Of a stretch of 64,000 bases of DNA, positions 57,304 to 64,000 are shown in pieces. A program made the position numbers and the translations under genes. The DNA comes from Octopus sinensis (lineage: Eukaryota). Each line of letters opens with the position of its first letter. The stretch's first letter is position 1. The notes under the pieces are model-generated. The model was not told the DNA's origin and did no database searches. It saw nothing but the letters and a program-made list of their open reading frames with translations. Location: assembly GCF_006345805.1 (NCBI RefSeq), contig NC_043021.1, positions 23,498,001 through 23,562,000 on the forward strand, given 5' to 3'.

Positions 57304-57353
57304 CACGTGCGATTTGAACTGAGGCACTCACAGAGTGGGAGAGTCCGGAAGTG
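57304..57353. promoter_or_regulatory. ETS-like CCGGAAGTG (57345-57353) and E-box CACGTG (57304-57309) just upstream of the candidate STC start codon
   Basis: Motif matches only, in a short unique island between (TA)n tracts. Confidence 0.25.
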
Positions 57354-57359
57354 AACACT

Positions 57360-57826
<467 letters not shown>

Positions 57827-57829
<3 letters not shown>

Positions 57830-59890
57830 CAAATCGTCTCAACCAACATCCCAAAAGTAGCGAAACGTCCCGCCTAAAAACAACACTGATGGAGATCGAA
57901 AAAAGGCTGCAACAATCCTATGTGAAGGAGAAAGCAGACAAAGAAGCCTGGGTTATAAAAAAACATTAAATCAAACCCAAAGGCCTTCTTTCATTACGCG
58001 AAAGAAACAGTCTCAGTGCACTACAAGATAGGACCCCTCCTCCAAAAGGATGACTCCCTCACAGACAGTCCAACTAAGATCAGTGAGATGCTGAATGACC
58101 ATTTCAAAAGTGTCTTTACCACCCCGTTGGAACACAGACAAGTGAACGAACTAGTGGACTTCTTTGCCGCCTCACCTATAACCAGCGAGGCGGTTACAAT
58201 AGAATGTATTGACATTAGCGAAAAAGATGTCCTACTTGCCATAGATGAAGTGGACACAAACTCAGCTGCTGGTCCAGATGGTTTCCCAGCCATCCTCCTC
58301 AAAGCGTGTAAGCATGCCCTGGCAAAACCCCTCAAGATTCTCTTCCAGAGCTTTCTTGCGAATAGCAAACTGACAAGCAAGCTGAAGGAGGGAGTAATAT
58401 GCCCAATACATAAAGGGGGAAGTAGAGCAGATGCCAAAAACTATAGGCCTATCTCTCTGACTTCACACATCAGCAAAGTCATGGAACGGATAGTTAGAAA
58501 GAAACTAATCGCATTCCTTGAGGAAAATAACTTGCTGAGTGATACCCAGCATGGTTTTCGACCAGGTAGGAGCTGCCTGACCCAGCTCTTACAACATTAT
58601 GACTGGGTGTTGAGGCAGTTACTCAACAAATCAAATGTGGACGTAATCTACCTTGATTTTGCAAAAGCTTTTGACAAGGTGGATCATGGTATGATATGCC
58701 ACAAACTGCATGACCTCGGCATAGCTGGAAAACTTGGAGTGTGGTTACATGACTTCCTGAAAGATAGGAGTCAGGCAGTAGTGGTTAATGGAGCCACCGC
58801 TATGAACACACAAATAGTGAGCGGTGTTCCACAGGGCACTGTCTTGGGACCACTGCTTTTTATAGTGGCCCTCTCAGATGTGCCCTCAAATGCCCGGATA
58901 GCCACTCTGGCCACCTATGCAGACGATACGAAAGTCTCGCAGAAAATACAGAACCCCAGCGATGTTGCATACCTGCAGCAGGAGTTGGACTCAATCTAAA
59001 GATGGGCTGAGGATAATAATATGCAGTTTAATGCTGAAAAATTCCAGGCCCTGCGCTACCAGCATCCAAAACTGAATATTAAACTTACAGGATACACCGG
59101 TCCACAGGGAATTTCAATCCCAGAGCCTAAGTCTGTGAGTGACCTGGGTATCGTCATGAGTGATGATACCTCTTTCCAAGTGCACATTACCAGGATGGCA
59201 ACAAAGTGCAGACGACTGGCTGGGTGGATCCTAAGAACATTCAGAACCAGAGATAAGGAAACCATGATGGTCCTCTGGCGGACATTCGTCCTCAGCCGCC
59301 TGGATTACTGCTCACAGCTATGGTCACCCACCAGTGTAAAATTAACAGCGGACCTTGAAGCAATCCAGAGAAGATTCACAAAGAAGATCGTCTCTTTGCA
59401 ACAGCTCAGCCACTGGGAAAAGTTGAAACAGCTAAGACTCTACTCCCTGGAGAGAAGACGGGAGAGGTATGCAGTAATATATGTCTGGAAGATCCTGGAA
59501 GGAATTGTGCCAAATTTTGGCATTGTAAGCTACACCAATGCTAGAACGGGACGACACTGCATAGTGTCAGATCCCAGCAATACCATCACGATTTAGGACC
59601 AGCTTCTGCAACAGCCTAGGTTTCAAGGGCCCACAGCTTTTTAATATTCTCCCAAAGAGTCTGAGGAACTTGCACAAAGTAGATGTAGCGGTTTTTAAAT
59701 CAAAGCTGGAGATCTTCCTGTCGAGAGTCCCAGATGAACCTACCTCACGGCAAGAGGTGCAAATGAGAGTAGCTATATCAAACTCCATTCTTCACCAGGT
59801 GCCACATGTTAGACAAGGTTCTTCGTAATAACAGTGTGACGCAAGACGGCGGTGCATCAGCATGGCCGCAGCCCTGAGCTGAAACTAGAG
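57827..59890 (+). mobile_element. 5'-truncated CR1-clade LINE (RT nearly intact) between (TA)n tracts
   Basis: GPDG, NYRPISLTS, QHGFRPGRSC, YLDFAKAFDKV, SGVPQGTVLGP, YADD, LEAIQRRFTK. One in-frame stop at 58997 and a frameshift near 59575; short A tail. Confidence 0.95.
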
Positions 59891-59921
59891 AAAAAAAAAA
59901 TATATATATTTATATATATAT

Positions 59922-60000
<79 letters not shown>

Positions 60001-60109
60001 CATGCATGTATGTATGTATACATATATATATAATTATTATATAATAAATAACACATATATATAGACATACATACATATAGATATATTTATACATACACAT
60101 ATGTATATA

Positions 60110-60229
<120 letters not shown>

Positions 60230-60239
60230 ATGTATGTAT

Positions 60240-63160
60240 ATTCTATGAAAAATATACCAATCCCATCAAGGGAACTTTATTCAAAGAAACTTTTAGAGAA
60301 AATTACTGATCTAATTATGCGCATGAGATGGAAAGCTTTCTTTTTTAATACAGAAGTGGACACCATGGAAAATACTTTCTATCGTATAAAATCAAAAAAA
60401 TCCCTCCCAAGATTAAAGGCTTGGAAGATTTTGAAGCGGACCTACTGAAAATTATGAATAAAATAAAATTTCGTAAGTCTTTTAACAATTTCCAACATAA
60501 ATTGAAAAAAAGATATAAAACATATAAAAAGCTCCAAGAAAAAAGCACTTTTTCGGATAAAACCAAGAACTTATACCTGATAGATAACAGCATATATACA
60601 CAACTCTTACACAACAGCATCATTAATAATTACACTAAGGCTAGGCCACAGACATATAATGAAATTAATAAAGAAGCTAGCATTATCGCCGCTAAACTTA
60701 AATTAGATAAAAAAAATAGAAGTCCTTCCCCAAAAAGAGGCCTTTAATACAATTAAAGACCACAAAGAGAACTTCCTTTCCAACCCTAAATGTAGGCTTA
60801 TCAACCCAGCTAAGTCAGAACTTGGGATTATTAGTAAAGAAATTTTAGATAAAATAAATGCGAAAATTAAGACCGCTACTAGGCTGGTACAATGGTCCAA
60901 TAGTATAGAAGTCGTAGACTGGTTTAAAGCCATTAAGAATAAGAAAAAATCGAGGTTTACACAATTCGATATTGTTGATTTTTATGCCTCTATCTCTAAA
61001 GAACTGCTAGATAAAGCCCTCTTCTTCGCTAGTGATTTCATAGAAATCAGTACAAATGATAAGGACATAATCTTCCATGCTAGAAAGACCCTACTTTTCA
61101 GTGAGAACGCAAAGTGGGTCAAAAATACCGACACAGAGGGTGCTTTCGATGTGAGCATGGAGTCATATGATGGAGCAGGCATTTGCGATCTTATTGGATT
61201 TTTTCACCTAGATACTTTAGGTAAGACATTTCCTGACGTATATTTCGCCATCTGCAAAGATGATGCCCTCGCTTTAACCGCTAATACAAATGGACCAGCA
61301 CAGGATCGTTTTAGGGAGGATATTATCCAATTAATGAAATACTTCGGACTTAGTATAACTATAGATACTAACCTGACGGTTGTCAATTTCCTAGACGTTT
61401 CCTTAGATCTAAATAAGAATATTTATAAGCCTTATAGGAAGCCCAATGATAGACTTAGTTATATTAATGTAGGTTCATGCCATCCCCCTATAGTATTCAA
61501 AAATTTAGTTTAAAATATTAATAAGAGAATTTCTAGCCTCTCCTCCGATAAGGACATTTTTAATAGCATTGTCCCAGTTTATAATAAGGCTTTAAAAGAT
61601 AGTGGTTTGAGCGAAAAAATAAAATATGTACCTGTTACTAGCCCAACAGTAAAGAAGAGGAAAAATAGAAATAGGAAGATCATCTGGTTTACACCCCCTT
61701 ACTCACCCGAGGTGACCTTCAATATAGGTAAATATTTCTTAACACTGATAGATAGACATTTTCCAGTTAACCATACTTATAGGAAACTCTTCAATAAACA
61801 CAATTTAAAAATTAGTTTTAGTTCTACTACCAATTTTAAAATATAATCACACATAACACTCAAAAACCACAACAAGAAAACAGCGGTTCATGCAGGAATA
61901 AAAAATTGTGCCCGCTAAATGGAGCTTGCATGTCCGAGACCATCATCTATGAAGCTACCGTGGACTCTATAACCACTAAAGACACCGTTTCGACGAAGAA
62001 ATACGTGGGCCTTACAGAGGGTAATTTCAAGGCCAGGTTCAATAACCACACCTTGAGTTTTAGGCACTGGAACAAAAGAAAAGCGACAAAATTATCTAAT
62101 CATATTTGGTCTTTAAAATATAAAGGTGTCGATTATAACATCCATTGGAAGATTTTGGCCAAATGTAAGCCCTACACCAACGGCAGCGGAAGGTGCGGTC
62201 TATGCGACATGGAGAGATGGCTTATCTGGAAAAGCAGCTTAGATCCTACTACATGTCTAAACTCAAGGACAGAACTTTTCGGATTATGCCCACATGTGAC
62301 TAAATTTTGTTACGTTTTTGGTCCCCTAAAGAAAACAGATAGAATTTGCTTTCTATATTATGTCCCAAAAAGTTTTTTTATCTCATTATACCTTTTATTA
62401 TTTCATATATTTTTATATTTTCACACATAATTTTTTCTATACTTTTCTATCCTGCATTTTTTCCTGTGCCTATATAGACGTGTATATAGATTCATTTGTA
62501 CAGGTGTGTGAATATGTATGAGTGGGCAGTTTTAGATGTGTGCGTGTGTGCGGGCATAAGAATGCACATATATATATAGACGTTTATACTTAGTACTTTT
62601 CCATTTTTTTTGTGGGGGGGACATATCTATATTCATTTTTTTTATATGCGTGTGTATGTATGTGTATATAAATATGTGCGGGTATGTACATATATGGGCG
62701 TGTGTGTGTATGAGTGCATAGGGGCATGTCCGTATATGAACGTGGTTTTTATGCTTTGTATACTTCCTTATGTTTTTTCTGTCATCTTTAACCATTGTTT
62801 TTCTTGTGCCTGTGCGTACATAGACGTATGTATGACTTTTACGGTATGCATGTGTTTGTGTATGAGTTTGTATATATATGCGTATATATTTGGCGAAAAA
62901 TGCGAGTGAAGATGTGTACGTTTTCATAGTGACGTATAAGTACGCACGTGGGTTCGCGAGCAGAATTATAATACAGTAATTTCCCTTTATATAACGGTAT
63001 TTTTTCATAGCGTTTTTCAGATGGCCAGATAACCGAAGAGATTGTGTTGTGGATTTCCACTTCGGCATCTGAAACTCAGAGTTTTATCTTGACTATTGAG
63101 TAAATGTAACATATTATTTTATAGATAAATTTCCTCTATTTACATAATATTGAGGTCGCT
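60240..63160 (+). mobile_element. Near full-length, disrupted Penelope-like element (Naiad-type) with a long 3' region and a decayed hammerhead
   Basis: KNIPIPS, IKDHKENF.SNPKCRLINPAKSE, FDIVDFY, SYDGA, KDD, NFLDV, IIWFTPPY, (G)SCRNKKLCPLNGAC linker, KYVGLTEGNFKARFNNH, LSNHIW, CGLC. Confidence 0.93.
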
Positions 63161-63191
63161 TTCTTTTGTTATCTTACCGTTTTTACCAATA

Positions 63192-63270
<79 letters not shown>

Positions 63271-63414
63271 TGTATGTATATATGTATATTATATCAATTT
63301 ATACATTATAGTCTGACGGCTTGGCCGAGAAGTACCGCTTTGAGTGTATAACTACGTAAAATGTATCTATCGTACATGCATACATACATACATACGTACG
63401 TACATGCATATATA

Positions 63415-63448
<34 letters not shown>

Positions 63449-63627
63449 TCTCTCATTTTTTATTTTCTTTCATTTTATTTTCTCTGTTTATTTCTTCGTG
63501 TTCGTTTTCGTTGAGGAGCGTAGGCACGAAACGTAAAAGACGTTCTCAATTTCCCGAGCATCAAACTAATACACTTGATTGTTATTAATACGCCTGTCTT
63601 TGTGTGTTGTTTTCCGTAAATTTCAGC

Positions 63628-63664
<37 letters not shown>

Positions 63665-63708
63665 ATATGCATGTATGTATGTGTGGGTGTGTATGTGTGC
63701 GTGTCTGT

Positions 63709-63765
<57 letters not shown>

Positions 63766-63809
63766 TATATATATATTATTATATTAGGGTTCTAAGAGAT
63801 ACCATGACA

Positions 63810-63992
63810 TTGGAAACAGCAGCTAAAACTTCATTCTAAAACCACATTAAATATTCATACAGCACCAGGAGAGAAAACAAAAAGACAAAATAAATTTTTT
63901 GCTAGTTTATTTTTGTCTTTTTGCCTTCTCGTACTGATGCTGTATGAACATTTAATATGGCTTTAGAGTCAAGTTTTGGCTGCTATTTCCAA
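63810..63992. mobile_element. Fold-back MITE-like inverted repeat (two arms of about 85 bp)
   Basis: ttggaaacagcagctaaaactt...aaaaagacaaaataaa pairs with tttatttttgtcttttt...aagttttggctgctatttccaa. Confidence 0.75.
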
Positions 63993-64000
63993 CGTGGTGG

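Overview
Eukaryotic, AT-rich, microsatellite- and transposon-dense DNA. The SINE families look like those I recall from Octopus genomes; that taxon call is inference. The main result is a spliced minus-strand host gene that the ORF track does not reveal: a stanniocalcin-like (STC) secreted protein. Exon 2 is 36551-36394, exon 3 is 25355-25129, exon 4 is 22161-22032, and a candidate signal-peptide exon 1 is 57297-57219/57213. The exons join in frame through GT-AG sites, give about 197 aa with the 10-Cys STC core, and match the intron positions and phases I recall for vertebrate STC1. Exons 3-4 are present twice because about 14.3 kb is tandemly duplicated (1-13300 vs 14312-27660), which may be a real duplication or two uncollapsed haplotypes. 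The introns and flanks hold nested mobile elements: a full-length Tx1/L1 LINE inserted into a SINE head with an 18-bp TSD and sharing its 3' tail with a SINE; R4/Dong-type LINEs stacked in (AAT)n; several Penelope-like elements, one with an upstream Ulp1/C48 protease domain and others with hammerhead-like motifs; and mariner, maT, Helitron, RTE, CR1, a solo LTR and MITEs. There are no prokaryotic features, CRISPR arrays, rRNA genes or true tRNA genes. Everything was read and translated by eye; nothing was checked against a database.
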